Shown here in pieces: positions 33,618 through 53,259 of a DNA stretch of 64,000 bases (position 1 is its first letter; the number at the start of each line of letters is the position of its first letter). The DNA is from the human T2T-CHM13v2.0 reference genome, Homo sapiens. Where the stretch lies: the NCBI RefSeq assembly GCF_009914755.1, contig NC_060940.1, one strand, 5' to 3'. A program made the position numbers and the translations under genes. The notes beneath the pieces were generated by a model. That model made no database searches, was not told the DNA's origin, and was given only the letters and a program-made list of their open reading frames with translations.

Positions 33618-34250
33618 CTGTGATCGTAACCATCAGCCCTCGTGAACCTCACCCTTCTGTAATTCTCCCTTTGAGGATGGGTGGACCTGAGAATATACCG
33701 AGCTGTCGCTCCTGTGACTATATTACCTTTATTACCTTACTTAGCAAAAGGGATTTATTGGTTGAGTTTCAGTTCCTCAAAAGGAACTTATCCATGTGGG
33801 CCTAATCTAAGCACATAAACCTTATAGAAGCAGAGTATGGCCAGGTGCAGTGGTTCATGCCTGGAATCCCGAGTTGGGCAGATCGCTTGAGTCCTGGAAT
33901 TCGAGAGCAGCCTGGGCAACATGGCAAAGCCCCATCTCTACAAAAAAGTACAAGAATTAGTAGGGCATGTTGGCACACACTTATAGCTCTAGCCTTTCAG
34001 GAGGCTGAGGATGGGAGGATTGCTTGAGCCCAGGGGGTTGAACTGCAGTGAGCTGAGATTGCACCACTGCACTCCAGCCTGGGCGACAGAATGAGACTCC
34101 ATCTCAAAACAAACAAACAAAAAAAACCCCGCCACCCTTTCTGGTGGGTGGCCCATGGTCCCCTCCTGTGGCCAGGTAAGTACAGGCAAATGCAGCAAGG
34201 TTACTGCACCCAGTCTCCCCAACAAAGGCGTGACCCACCTTCTGAGGCTC
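33618..34250 (+). mobile_element. MLT1-type LTR fragment interrupted by AluJ (33839-34126)
   Basis: gtaattctcccttgagg...aaagggattta...gggcctaatctaa; Alu with (AAAC) tail. Confidence 0.7.
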
Positions 34251-34857
34251 TTAAAAAGACAGCTTTGCCCACTCACTCCCTTCCTTTATTCAAAAGTCCC
34301 AGAGACTTTCCCTGACCCCAGTCCACACGTGATATACTGCACCCCACCAAGCCCACCTTCCTTGATCCCTTTTTGCATCATCCTGTTGTATTTCCCCACA
34401 GCGCCACCTGAAATCATCTGCTTCATTTACTCATGTGTTCATTGTCTGCACTCACCCCCAACCCATAGCCACAAGAACCCAAACCCAGAAAGACAGGGAC
34501 CTTGTCCATCTGGAGCCTAACGCAGTGCACCAGCCAGATCTGTGGGACTAGTGAGGGGGCAGCAGGGAGAGGGTTGGGTTGAGAGGGAGGGGAGGGGCCC
34601 GGGGCAAAGAGTTGACCCTGAGCCAGCTGCCGTATGCATCCCACCCCAGGATCCTGGGATCCGCTGAAGGATTCCTGGGTCCTCCAGACTTCAGCCAGGC
34701 TGTGCGCACTCCGTGCCTTTCAGAGAAGCCCTGGCAGGTCCCCTGGAAGTTCCTGGAGGGTCTGAGCTCAGAGACATGGAGGGAAGGAGGTGAGGCAGGG
34801 TGATCCCGACAGCTGCCAGGAGAAACTCCCTGCTCTCTTCCCGCAGGTCCCTTAGCT

Positions 34858-35098
34858 CAGTGTTTTTCAAATGATTTGTGGTGAAGGACCAGTCTGTGCA
34901 TCTGTTTTCAGTTGCTGATTCATCACACACCAATACTTTCACAATTTACTATAAAAATCCCCCTGTGCCTACATGTCGCAGCAATGGCTAATTGCTATGT
35001 AGGTTTCCAAACCCTTACTCTGGGAACTGCACTCAGCTCTTGGGGAACAGATAACTGTTTGTGAACGGCTTGCAGGCCACACTTTGAGCTGTACAGAT
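34858..35098. mobile_element. hAT-Charlie-type MITE
   Basis: Termini cagtgtttttcaaa...ccacactttgag. Confidence 0.55.
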
Positions 35099-36349
35099 CT
35101 GGATATGCCAAGGCCCAGGATGGGTGGGTGGGTGTTGGCAGCTACAAGGGCCCTGACACCCGCCCAGAGGCTGGGCATTGGAGGGATGAAGGGCAGCTGG
35201 TGAGGCGGGGACCTGACGCGCAAGCCTGTGTCCCCCAGCAGTAAAGAGTCAGGGCTGGGAAGTAGGAAAAGGAATCTCCTCTGTCCTCAAACCACAGGAG
35301 ACAGGCAGGTAGGAGTGGGGAACTCCTCCAGCTCCGTCCATGCCTCCTGGTCCTTCTCACAGTTCAGGGGAAACTTCTTTGGGGGAGGGAGCAGTTTTGC
35401 CCCACTCCGTACTTGTCATCACCATGCCACTTTGGCCCGGAGTCATTAAACTCCTCTCGAGATGTTTGCCTCGTACCTTCTAGTGCAGATTCCAGTCCAG
35501 GAGGAATGCGTGCTCATGACATGAAGGCAGTGTCAGAGGACCTTGCAACTCTCTGCACCCAGCCTGGGGACAGCTGGCTTCCATCTGCCAGACGTCAGGC
35601 TGTTGACAGGGGTGGGGTGGTGATACCATCCCAGCCCAGCATTCAGGGAGCTGGCATCTCAGATTGCCCCACCCTGCCCCTCCCTGGCCCTCAAGGAGCC
35701 GAGAGGAGAGTGACATCGAAACTCCACTCCATCAAGAGTGGGCTGACCCAGCCCCCTCGATATCTGGGTGGGGTCCCAGGAATGCCTCACCCCCGTGTTG
35801 CACACAGTAGGCACTTAGAGTATTTGCTAAGCACATGCAGGGTCCTCCTCAGCTGGCCTGGAGGGAGCCCCAGCCCATTGGCCTTCCCCAGGGTCACCTC
35901 AGTAGCCTTCAGGCCCTGGCTGCATTGTTCCAATTCCTGCAGGTTTGGAATGTCTCTGTTTACCGTCAATGTCAATATGACTGGGAGAACATCCAGTTCC
36001 CACAGGCCTTCTGGGGGCTGGCGGGGGACACAAGGCTGAGAGATGGGAGCAGGCCACACCTGGGCCCCCCAGCTCCCTTCAGGTCCCCTATGTTACAAAC
36101 CCCAATCCAGGCACATTGTCACTCTGGGTCCTGGAATTGCATAAGCAGATGGGTGGCAGCCAGCAGGAGTTCCACAGGGCCTCATACCTCTACCCACGCC
36201 TTCCAGCCCCTCCCTCCTTGCCCTTTTATTTGGCAGGATATGGGGAGCAGTGGCTCCTTCTGCAAGGAGCTGCCCCTCCTCCTATGCCTTTGATCAGAGT
36301 CCCTCCACCTCCCACCTCCACCTGTCCAAACCCTCTCCGACTCATAGAT

Positions 36350-36982
36350 CTCAGCTCTGTAACTAGATGGCTTGGATTCAAATCTCCCCTCCACCATTTC
36401 TAGCTATGTTGCCTGGGCAAGTTACTCAACCTCTCTGTGACTGTTTTCTCACGGTAGAGTGGCATGTTGGGGGCATTTCTTCAATTTCTGGCTGCCTATC
36501 ATCTTGGAATCCCCTTTCTGTAACTGGAGATTTCTACATTTGCCCATAGTGTGAGTCTGTACTCATTAATGTAGAAGTCAGAATTCAATTCTCCAACCCG
36601 TTTGATCATCAATCGGGTACAATCATACAGGACTTCCATGGAGAGAGAGATCACTAGCTCAAGCACTATCTTTTCTTTGGTGAACATGGTGGCAGGAATA
36701 ACTGGATCTTTGGGGACATCAATGGCTAAACTCTTGTGTCTGAAGAAGCAGTTGCACATTTGCTAAAGCATCCCCCGTAGAGTGGTTGGGTGTTCTCTCT
36801 CGCTACCTACCACCCAGACCCAGTTTTCTGTCTCCTCACCCTGAATGCAAAGAGCTGCCTACTCTTAAAAAGCCTTTGCTGCTTAAATTAGCTAAAATTC
36901 TGTTATTTGCAACCAAGACCCTTAACAAAGTCATAGGGACAATAATAATATCTGCCTCGTGATGGTGTTGTGAAGATCAAAC
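36350..36982 (+). mobile_element. MIR split by an old ERVL-type LTR (about 36465-36930)
   Basis: MIR core ctgggcaagttactcaacctctctgtg stops near 36460. The LTR-like end cttaaattagcta...ttatttgcaaccaagaccc is followed by resumed MIR (ggacaataataata...gttgtgaagatcaa). Confidence 0.6.
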
Positions 36983-37813
36983 CCTCCTACAGGCTTGGTG
37001 GGAAGTCAAGAGGAAGCCAGCCCAGCTCTTTGAATATCTTCCTTGTATCTGGGGTGCCCCGCTTTATGGTTTGGGGACGGTGTCCTCTGCCTGTGTCCCA
37101 GAACACAGCCTCACTTGCAGGCAAGTTGCTTTTCTGAGCCTTCCCTCTCCTTTAAGAAGCACGAGAACCCCAGGGTTGCACGAGGTCCCAGGGTCAGTCA
37201 CTCACCTCCCCGAAATAAAACCAGGACATCTGACCCATATGTCAAAGAGCTCCATTCTCTGAGTGCAGGATCTGAAACAAGACCTGTTTGCTACAGGAGA
37301 TGCTATGGCAGCCGGGGCTCTGCAGCTGGGAGCAGCCCCTTTCCCCTTGGGAAGTTCAGTGGAGACCGAGAAGCATTGAGGCTCCTAACACAGGGACACA
37401 TCCCCAGTCCCAGAAATACCTCACTGGAGTAGACCTGGGATTTCTAGGTCCCTGCTAGTTAGTGACACAGCCAGATCTTGCATGTGGCTCTTATATTCTT
37501 GGCCACTTCCCTGGGGCAGCCATGGTGAGCTTGACCGGGCGGATCTTAGAATCCACTGCCTTGCAACCCCAGAACTGACATCTTCCCTTAGTATCCCAAC
37601 TTTCTGTATACGGAGACATGCCCCCACACAGCCACTCTGGGGCATGTCTGGCCTCCCAGGCATCCTGAGAGTGACCCATCAGTCACTGAGAGAATCAGTG
37701 CCAACCCTTGTCCACTGGTGGTGCCCAAGACATGGCCCGTTTCCATTTGCCTCTTATTCACCACAACGGGTCGCCTTGGAGAAGACCTTCAGTGTCACAC
37801 TCAAGTAGGTCTC

Positions 37814-38244
37814 TGTACTTGGTTGAATGGTGTCCTCCCAAAACTCACATATACTTGGAACTTCAGGAAATTACCTTATTTGGAAATAGGGGTCTTTGCA
37901 GATACGGTTAGTAATTAAGAAGAAGTCATACTGGATTAAGGTGGGCCCCAATCCAATGATTAGTGTCCTTATAAGACAAGGGAAATTTGGACACAAACAC
38001 ACAGGAGAGAAGACCTCGTGACGATGGAGGCAGAGGTTGGAGGGATGCAGCTATAAGCCAAGGATTGCTGGCAAACGCCAGGAGCTGGGATCAGATTCTC
38101 CCCCAGCCCTTCCTGCAGGAACCAGCCCTGCCAACACCTTGATGTTGGACTACCGGCCTCCGAACAGTGAGAGGACGCATATTGGTTGTTTTAAGCCTCC
38201 TAGGTTGTGGTAACTGGTTACAGCAGCCCCGGGAGATGAATGCA
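37814..38244 (+). mobile_element. MLT1B/C solo LTR
   Basis: TG...CA termini, accttatttggaaataggggtctttgcagat core, 5-bp TSD gtctc/gtttc. Confidence 0.85.
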
Positions 38245-38378
38245 GTTTCCTTTTAATTAATCTTGTTATGAACAGCAAAGACAGGATTGTGGGAAGGAGT
38301 GCCAGTGATACTTTTCAGACTTGGGTTCTGTAGGCAAATAAAGATGAATTGCCCATCTTTTCCTCGCTGTGATGTTTA

Positions 38379-38921
<543 letters not shown>

Positions 38922-39141
38922 TTACCTCCACCATTTCTAGCTGTGTTGCTTGGGCAAGTTACTCAACCTCTCTGTGCCTACGTTTTCTCACCTGTAGAGT
39001 GGTGTGCTGGGGGCCTTTCTCCTATTTCTGCCTGCCCATCATCTCTGAACCACCTTTCTTTAACTGGAGATTTCTCCATTTGCCCATACTGTGAGTCTGT
39101 ACTCATTAATGTAGAAGTGAGCTCAATAGAAATACAGTAAG

Positions 39142-39895
<754 letters not shown>

Positions 39896-40074
39896 ATATC
39901 TCAATTTAAACAGTAGCATCTAATTTTTAAGCTTTGTGTGGAAAAACTGAAGATGCCAGTTTGCACTAATTTTTATGAAACAACTGGCCAAAAACTGATG
40001 GTGTAACTATCTCCAAGCTGTAGATAGATTTCATCTTCTATCTCAGCAAAAGACTCCCATTATCCTTTATTTGA

Positions 40075-40260
40075 GTAGTTCAACCAGTGACTTTCGGAAA
40101 GCGGCTTAGCGGCTTCATGCCTCAGTTTCTGCATTTGTAAAAGAGAGATAATAGTTCCTACTGCACAGGGTTGCTATGAAGATTAAATGAATTACTTTTG
40201 TAACTCACTTATACAAAATAAGTGCTCAGTACGTATTGGCTGTTATTATTATTATTGTTA
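40075..40260 (+). mobile_element. MIR
   Basis: tgcctcagtttc...tgtaaaag...agggttgctatgaagattaaatga...aagtgctcag. Confidence 0.75.
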
Positions 40261-41309
40261 GCCAAAGCAGCTTAAAGGGGGGAAGTTCTGTGTTACAGGA
40301 TGTTCTCAATTTAGCCCACTCTGAGCCTCCTGCAGGCTTCCTACTGCATTCTTGGGTTCTCTCCCTGCCTATGGAGACTCAGCCAGAGGAGACCCTTCCT
40401 CCTGACCCACCCCCACCAGTAAGTGGGGGTCCCAAGAAGGCACACACAGTCTTTGTAAAGACAGAGATTACATACTGGTTTTGGTGTGTTTGGGACGTAG
40501 CCTCCTGAGCACCGTGCCTCCAAATCATGTTTGCGAAGTGATTGTTCAAGACCAATGGTTGGGAAGCTGAATGGCTCAGGATCTTGGCTGAACAACAGAT
40601 GAGAGAGGGCCCCCGGCTTCCCAGAGGAAGGCGAAGAAAGGGATGTGAGTGAATTAGCAGCATGGCAGGGAAGAGAGAGCAAGCGGGTAATAGCTTGGGC
40701 TCTGGCAGCTAACCCACCCACCGGGGGCAACCCCCACACTGCATCACAAAGCTCCTGCTCACGATAAATCCCCAGGCTGCACTCCCATGCTTGACAGCAT
40801 CCCTAGCTCCTAAGCACATTCCTTAGCATTCAAGACCTTCCTGGTTTCCCCTGCTGGCTGCCACCTTCTTCCCAGCTTTGAACTTGATGCTGCCTGGAGC
40901 CCCTTTCACAGAACACACTCTCTCATGCCCATCACCTATTCCTTCTGCTCAGAAAGCTCTCTCGCCTTGCTGGATTCCTGTCCTCCTATGAAACTGCCTC
41001 CAGGAAGCCTCCTGACTCCTCAGTGGGGTCATGCTCTTCCAGGATGAGGAGGACATTTCTGTTCACTTAACCATTTCCCTCATCGAGGCTGGCAGCACCA
41101 CAAAAGGGCAGGGAGGGGTCTGAGCCCCCAGCTGCATACTATGAGGTGGACCTGGGAACCCTGAGGAGGACCCCTTAACCTTAGGTCCTCCCCTGCCCCC
41201 CCACTCAAACTTTATTTTTACCAAAGATCATCTAAGGATCTCTATTGTACGCCCACCCAGTTCTGCAAGGGGTGCGGGGGAAGGAGGAGGCTCTCCCTAC
41301 CTTAGGGAG

Positions 41310-42529
<1,220 letters not shown>

Positions 42530-43679
42530 TAAGGAATTGATAGTTCTTCATTTCTGCCTTCATAAAACAGAGATAATAATGGTCTCTACCTCATAAAGTG
42601 GTCGGGAAGACTGAATAAGTCAAATGCACATAAAACAGAGCTGCAATTGACAAATACTAGCTGCAGATATTGTTATTGCTGTCATCATCTTCATTCATCT
42701 GGTTGGGACAGATAAACTTAGCAACGAGAAATAAGAGAATGCCACAGACGAGAGCTATGAGGAGCTGATATTGATGCATCAAACAATCCTAGGATTTCAG
42801 AGCTGGGAAGCCCACTTGGTGTCCCCCTCCCTTGTCTGATGAATGAGCAGAAGAGAAGGGACTTTCTCAAAGTCTCACTGTAAAGGGGGAACACCAGGGC
42901 CAGAATAGAGCTTCCAGGCTCCGAGCCTTGGCCACACCATCATGCCGCTCGTGGGTTTCTATTATTAACCAAAATGCATGCTGGTTCTCGGTTGCACAGC
43001 TTGCATCAGGGCCTGGTCAGCCCACTCTTGGGGTGCTGGCTTGATCCTTGCTTGATGAGACAAAGATTGCAAGGAGGAAACAGTCTGGCCAGCAGGGAGT
43101 GGGAAGTAGCGTTTCCAGCTTTGCATCTGCTACGCTACTTACTCTAAAGGGCCTCTCCACACCCAGGCAGCCAAGAGCTTCCCTCGTGTGGGAGCTCTGC
43201 CCAGGACGTGCAGCTGAGCAGAGAGCCATGAGGGGTCCTCCCTCTGCACACTATCTGGGAGCAGGAGAAAATGGGGGCCTCATGGAGCTGACCCTGGAGC
43301 TGGGCTAAGCCACAAGGGCACAGAAGGCAGGCAGGGTCCGGTTCTCATTCTGCCAATCCTTGCCCCCTGAACCAACAGTAGTTCATGCTGGATTATTGTT
43401 AAGAAGAGATGACTCCTGCTGTGTGGAATGAGAGCTGCTTTCTAGGCCACTTCCAGGAAGACGATGAGCTGCTCTCTAGCTATGCACTTAGCTGTAGTCC
43501 CAGAAGCCCCTACACATCGAGGAGACCCAGGAGCTGAAGAAATCTACGGGTTCTCAACTCTGATGTCATCACGTGCTGTCCCTACTTCCCAATCATCCAA
43601 CCTCGGCTTGAAACGCTCTCAGGACAGGGAACTCACTACTCCACAAACCATTCTATCCCATTGTAACAGAGGTTTTAAT

Positions 43680-44299
<620 letters not shown>

Positions 44300-44424
44300 A
44301 CGTAAATTATAGTTTTTTCTTGTGTTGAATTAAAATCTAACTCCCTGCTATTTTTACCTGTTGATCTGTCTTTTTGTCCACTGTGCTTAGCAGGCTTAAC
44401 TCCTTTTCTATATACTAGCTATTT

Positions 44425-45750
<1,326 letters not shown>

Positions 45751-46240
45751 TCATCTTTAGGGTCTACGTTCTCTTTGTCAGCAGAGAAGCAAGACTCTAG
45801 CAGCTCCAGGGTTGCATCTGATCAGCTCAACAAACTCAGCAAAAGGAGATTTCCTCTTCTCTAATGGTCTCAGCAAAAGAGTCCTAGGACTGACTCCCAC
45901 TGGACAGCCTAGACCAACATAGAACCAATGGGAGAAGAGAATCTGCTGATTGGCCACGTCTGATCCCCCGTCTCCCTCAGGAGCAGAGGGGAAGAATCAC
46001 TTGAGAAAGGCGGAAGCGTAGATACTCAAGGGGAAATGAGGATGCTGTCGACAGAAAGAACAGATGCTGTTCAATCAAAATGCTGCCTACCACAATGCAG
46101 CTGCCCTCTTAGCCTGACACTGGGTGCCCCACAGCCCCAGCTCTGTAGGCATCTGGGGAGTCCAGATTGCCTCTGCCCTATCTAGGCTTCCCTCTCAAAG
46201 ATCAGCTAGATTTGTGTCTGCCCCAAAAATGCAGATCTGA

Positions 46241-46575
46241 GGCTGGGCATGGTGGCTCACACCTGTAATCCCAGCACTTTGAGAGGCCAAGGTGGGCAGA
46301 TCACTGGAGGTCAGGAGTTTGAGATCAGCCTGGCCAACGTGGCAAAACCCCATCTCCACTAAAAACACAAAAATTAGCCAGGTATGGTGATATGTGCCTT
46401 TAATCCCAGCTACTCAGGAGGCTGAGGCAGGAGAATTGTTTGAACCCAGGGGTGCAGGTTGCAGTGAGCCAAGATTGTGCCACTGCACTCCAGCCTGGGC
46501 GACAGAGTGAGACTCTGTTTCAAAAAAAAAAAGAAAAAGAAAAAGAAAAAGAAAAAAAAGAAAAGAAAAAAGAAA
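46241..46575 (+). mobile_element. AluS
   Basis: Alu consensus with an (AAAAAG)n tail. Confidence 0.9.
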
Positions 46576-47074
46576 TTCAGGTCCGATTCCAGATGCCTTT
46601 TCAGGGGGATCCCACTAGCCTAGAAAATCAGCCCAGCGAGGTTGGGTAGGACACTCATGCCCCCTCCTGCCCCAGGACCTTGTCCACATTGCTTCTCTCT
46701 GCCAAAAAGAGCAGAGTTCAGGAAGGCCAGGAGGAAGGAAGGATGCCAGCAGCATGTGGATGCTGTTTACAAACAGAAAGTGGTTCCTTTCTGCCCATCT
46801 CCAGGAGCGGTGCTGCCTTGCTCAGCTACTGCAGGGAGGGTCCCTGGAATGCCCCTTCTGGCCTCTTGCCAAAGACCCACAGCCAATCCCTGGGTCACCA
46901 GGGGACAGCCTGAGAATCCAGAGATCAGACTTTCTAGAGAAAGGTTTGCAGGCCAGACTGCAGACCCAGAGTGTTGACCTGAGAGAACAGATGGCTGTGT
47001 TTCTACACGGGGATGCCCCAGCCCTTGATGCCTCATGCCACAAGGTGGGCACGGTGAGCCCCTCCCTCTCACTC

Positions 47075-47691
<617 letters not shown>

Positions 47692-47879
47692 CTAAACAAA
47701 AGCAGGCTGCTTGCCTGCAGTGTGAGGGATGCCTGAGTTCAAAGCTTAGCCCTGCCACTCGCTGACTGTGACCCAGTGACTTGCAGAAACTTCCTGTGGC
47801 TCCATAGACCCCTGTGACATGAGGCTGAGGACTGTCTCCACCTTATAAGATTGTTGTGAGGATTCAAGACATGAGTAAC

Positions 47880-48690
47880 TGCAGTAAACCAACAATAACA
47901 GGAACAATGTGTTAGGTGGTTATGGTTGATGACAGCGTTTGCAGAAGTGAAATGAATGGCAGCAACATTATAAAGGAGGGGAGGGAGGAATTGCAGATAC
48001 TCAGTGAAGCCCTAGAGCGTTATTTGAAAGTGAACTCAGGGGCTAGGTGCGGTGGCTCATACCTGTAATCCCAGCACTTTGGGAGGCTGAGGCAGGAGGA
48101 TCACTTGAGGTCAGGAGTTCAAGACCAGCCTGGCCAACAGGGTAAAACCCAGTTTCTACTAAAATTACAAAAATTAGCTGGGTGTGGTGGCGAGCACCTG
48201 TAATCCTGCTACTCCTCCTGCGGGAGGCTGAGGTGGGAGGATCACTTGAACCCCAGAGGCAGAGGTTGCAGTGAGCTGAGATTGTGCCACTGCACTCCAG
48301 CCTGGAAAAAAAAAAAAAACAACCCACAAAACAAAACAAACAAGAAAGTGGACTCAGATTACTTGTAAATGTATATTACAAAACCTCTAGGTCAACCACC
48401 AAAAAGTTGCTTAAAAGAAGTATAATTGATATGCTAAGAAAGGAGAGAATATGGAATCACATAAAACACTCAAAACCAGAGAAGGTAGAAAAAGAGAAGA
48501 TTTTTTAAAAGTAAAAACAAGTGTACTGAATGCAAAGTAGTTACAAATGTGGTAGGTATTAATCCAACTACATCAACAATCACTTTAAATGTGAATGGTC
48601 CAAATAAACCAATTAAAGACAGAGACCTCAGAATGGATTAGAAAAATCAAGACCTAACTATGTGTTGTCCACAAGAAACCCACTTTAAAT
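47880..48690 (+). mobile_element. Old L1M fragment interrupted by an AluS (48041-48340)
   Basis: aatcactttaaatgtgaatggtccaaataaaccaattaaagacagagac...gaatggatt...caagacctaactatgtgttg...caagaaacccacttt, the L1 ORF2 endonuclease N-terminal region. Confidence 0.8.
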
Positions 48691-48764
48691 ACAAACAGGA
48701 GTGCTAGCAGAGGGTGAAGGGTGGTGGAGCCAAACTGCCCAGGATTTATTGGGCCACTTCTTTA

Positions 48765-49614
<850 letters not shown>

Positions 49615-49791
49615 CCACATAAAGCATTTAGAAGAGTGACTGGTACCTAATAAGTGCTATAAGAATATGCTGCTTTTGTTATTGTTATCATTATTATCCA
49701 AGTGCAGCTTCAGAATAAATTGCCTAGATCTCACTCCTAATGAGCCTTTTACTTCAAAGCTTCTCCTAAATAGGAATTTTAGAGCCACTAA

Positions 49792-50112
<321 letters not shown>

Positions 50113-50118
50113 TAAGAC

Positions 50119-50251
50119 CAGGATCGGCTACATAATTTTCAGGGCTCAGCGCAAAATGAAAACACAGAGTTCCTTGTTCAATATTACAAGGAATTTTAAG
50201 ATGGCACTTCTGTGTGATTGTACAGGTAGAATGTCCATGAAGCCAGCCGTA
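50119..50251 (-). mobile_element. MER45A-type (hAT-Tip100)
   Basis: caggatcggctacataattt...gcaaaatgaaaa...ccttgttcaa...ccatgaagccagcc; degenerate TSD tttaagac/aataagac. Confidence 0.75.
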
Positions 50252-50409
50252 AATAAGACCATAGATTAAGAGAGCAAAGTCAGAATCCAAGATGCCACCT
50301 ACCCAGTCTGTTCCACCCTACCTGAGTCAGGAGGGCTGTGACCTCCTGGCTGTGAACACATCTCACCTCTCTGCCCCCAGGGAATCCCAGCCAAGGCGCA
50401 CATTTTGAG

Positions 50410-50440
<31 letters not shown>

Positions 50441-53259
50441 TCAGCAAATGCTCTGTGGAGCCCTAATGCTCGCTGTCTTGTGAAATCCTGGATCCAGGAT
50501 TTCCGGGGAGCTGGGGGCTCCTTTCTGGGCCCCATGTGAGCTGGAGGCCAGTCTTCAAGAAAGGAAGGGCAGAGCTCAGACTGCTTCTGTGAAATGCACT
50601 CAGGAGTGGGCTGAGGATTTTTGATTTCCCGGGACGCCTGCTCCAGGGAGCCCGCAGCAGCAGGAGCGAGTCCTGGCCTGTCCAACGCTCTCACCCTTCA
50701 CCCTCAAGTCACCCAGTTGGCCACACTCTCCTGGGGGGGGCGGAGGTGGAGGTTGGCAGAGTCTTCAGAGCCTTTTATTAAAACCTTTTGGGTGCTTTGT
50801 TCACGAGGCCTGGCAAAGTCCAGGGCTCTGGCTTACCCTGGTCTCTCCCTGTCCTGCCCCAAAGGTCACCACTGAGAATCCCAGTCCCTTGTCCTTTGGG
50901 GCACTCTCAGAGCTGCCCCTCTGGGGAGGGGGAGCCGATGGGCACAGGCCTCCTGTTAGCGGCAACCTCCGCCTGGGGTGCCTGGCCACACAGGCGATTC
51001 CCAGAGAGTGTGGGCGGCAGACAAACAAGCGTTCAGTGTCAGCACAGCCCACCCAGCTCTGAAATGCCTCCTTTCTGTCTCCCGGGGGTGGGGCCTGACA
51101 GTAACCCCTAGGGCCCAGTGACAGCAGGGGCCACCCACTCCCTAGCGCCCCTACCTCCCACTCCTCCTACTTTGCAGATTCAGCCCTCCCCTCCCATCAA
51201 GGGGCAGGGACAAGGCCAGCTCTGCAGGGTGTGGGCCAGTTGGTTTTTGATCTCAAAGATACTGTTCATCCCAGCCTGGGCAGGGCACTGGGAAAGCCTG
51301 TGGCTCCTCCCGCCCTCTCTTTCCATTTCCTGCCCCCTCAGGCGCCCTGCCAAGCTAGAAATCCTGAAATGCAGGCTGCAGCCTCTTGTGGGTGCTGGCC
51401 TGGCTGCAGGGTAGGAAGCCAAGAGGCAGGAGAGCTGGGGAAAGAGGCTGGCTCCTTCTGCTACCCCCAGTCCCTCCTCCCTTCACCCCTACACTCTCAC
51501 AGCAGATGGAGGAGCCCCACCACCACACCTGACCTCCAGAGCAGAGGCGATGTTCACAGAACCTGAAATTAACAAATACAGACGGAGAGGGGCTCCGATG
51601 GAGAGATTGGCAGGGAGAGAGGAGCTGTTTGAAATCCAGGACATACCGTGGTGAAAGGAATACTTCAATTCCAAGTTTAACACTTGGAGGAACTGGAAGG
51701 GGAGGGAAAAGAGAGGAAAGCGGTTCATGGCAGGATCTGGAGAGGGAGAGGGAGCAAGGGAGCAGGTGCAGCTACTAGAATGCATGACCTGAAGTGCAAA
51801 ATGCTCAAAGCAGTTGCCTAGCAATATCCGGATGCCCAAAAGGCACATCTTCATTGCTGTCATTGTTACCCTGTCCTGTCTGGGTCATCAGTTCCCCAAC
51901 AGGTGTAACCGATTCTCTGCCTCCACCTGACTTTGGGGAGAGATGCCCTCCCAGCAGGAGGTGGGTCCAGCTACATCAGGGTGGGTACTTGTGTCCTCTT
52001 CCCATACTCGCCTCAATCCTGGACCCCATTTGGGTTTTATTAACATCCTGTTCACTCTCTCTCAGCTCTGATTCCCAGCGCCCACATCATCCACCTTGGC
52101 ATTCTTCTTGTGGGCTAGTCTTGCGTAGGCCGGGTAAGAAGTACAGTATGCTCAGAATTGAATCACAGTTAGTTACTGTGACTAATTTCATTCATTCTAT
52201 AGCCATCCATCCACTTAATAAAAATGTCTTGAGCCAGATCCCATGCCAGACACTGTGCTGGAGGTGGGGTTGCAACGATAAAGAAATGGCGGTGCCCACT
52301 TCCTGGCGCTTAGAACCTAGGGTAGGGGCGTCCCTCTGCTGCCAGCCCGTGGTGGTGGTTCAACATCACCCATCTCCCTCTCTCCGAGCTTCTGACTCTA
52401 GGGATAGGAAAGGGTCAAGCAATCTGTATTTTTAAAACATATATATTTCACATGACTCTATTTTCAAGGCAGTTTGGGAAACTACATTCTAAGGAAAGGA
52501 AATCTACTGGACTGGGGAAAAAAAGAAGCTGACAGGACCCATCAGCGAGATCCAGTAAGGCTTTCCTGGGAAACTGACTGACAGCTGTGACCTCAAGCAC
52601 AAGGCTGTGAACTGGGGGAAGAAGGGAGGGACACGGACCAATGTTCAGGGAGGAGGGAACAGCACGCGCGAAGACCCTGATGTGGGAAAGTGCAGCTCGG
52701 GGGTAATGGGGAGCTGGAGAAGTGGCAGTGAGTTGAAGCCGCAGATGGGGTGTCCTAGGAGCCCTGGGGAGCCCTGGGAGGGTTTTGTGCAAGAGGCCTG
52801 CTGTGATCGTTGTTTTGAAAAGGTTTCTCATTCAGCAGATGCCTGTACTGAGCCATACAGGCCCCGTGACAGGTTCTGGCAGAATCAGGCTTCTCTCCCA
52901 ATTCCCTCTTCCTATCGGGCCCTGGCTAGCCCGGCTTCTGCAGGCCTTGGCAGAGGGAGGAGGGGAAGCCCAAGTGGCCTGGAGGTCCCAGCTCCGCTCC
53001 TCTCCTGGTCTTGGCAGACAGAAAGCTGTAGACTGGGTTTTGGCATCTCCCACCGGCTGTGTCTGCCTCAGCATCCCCCCAGACCCAGCGGTGGGTGGGC
53101 ACCCCCTAGGGAACCTGTTGGTTCTACTGCCAAAAACCCCTTTGCTCTCCAGAAGGTGATGTCAGGTCTACCCCCCATCCCCCGACACACATTCCACCCA
53201 CCTCCTCCAGCCCAGAAGGGGTCACCTGCCAAGACGCTAACTGATGGGCCGCAGGGAGC

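Noticed and set aside
48540-48690. Endonuclease-like coding remnant
   Set aside because: A decayed L1 ORF2 start with frameshifts, not an independent gene.
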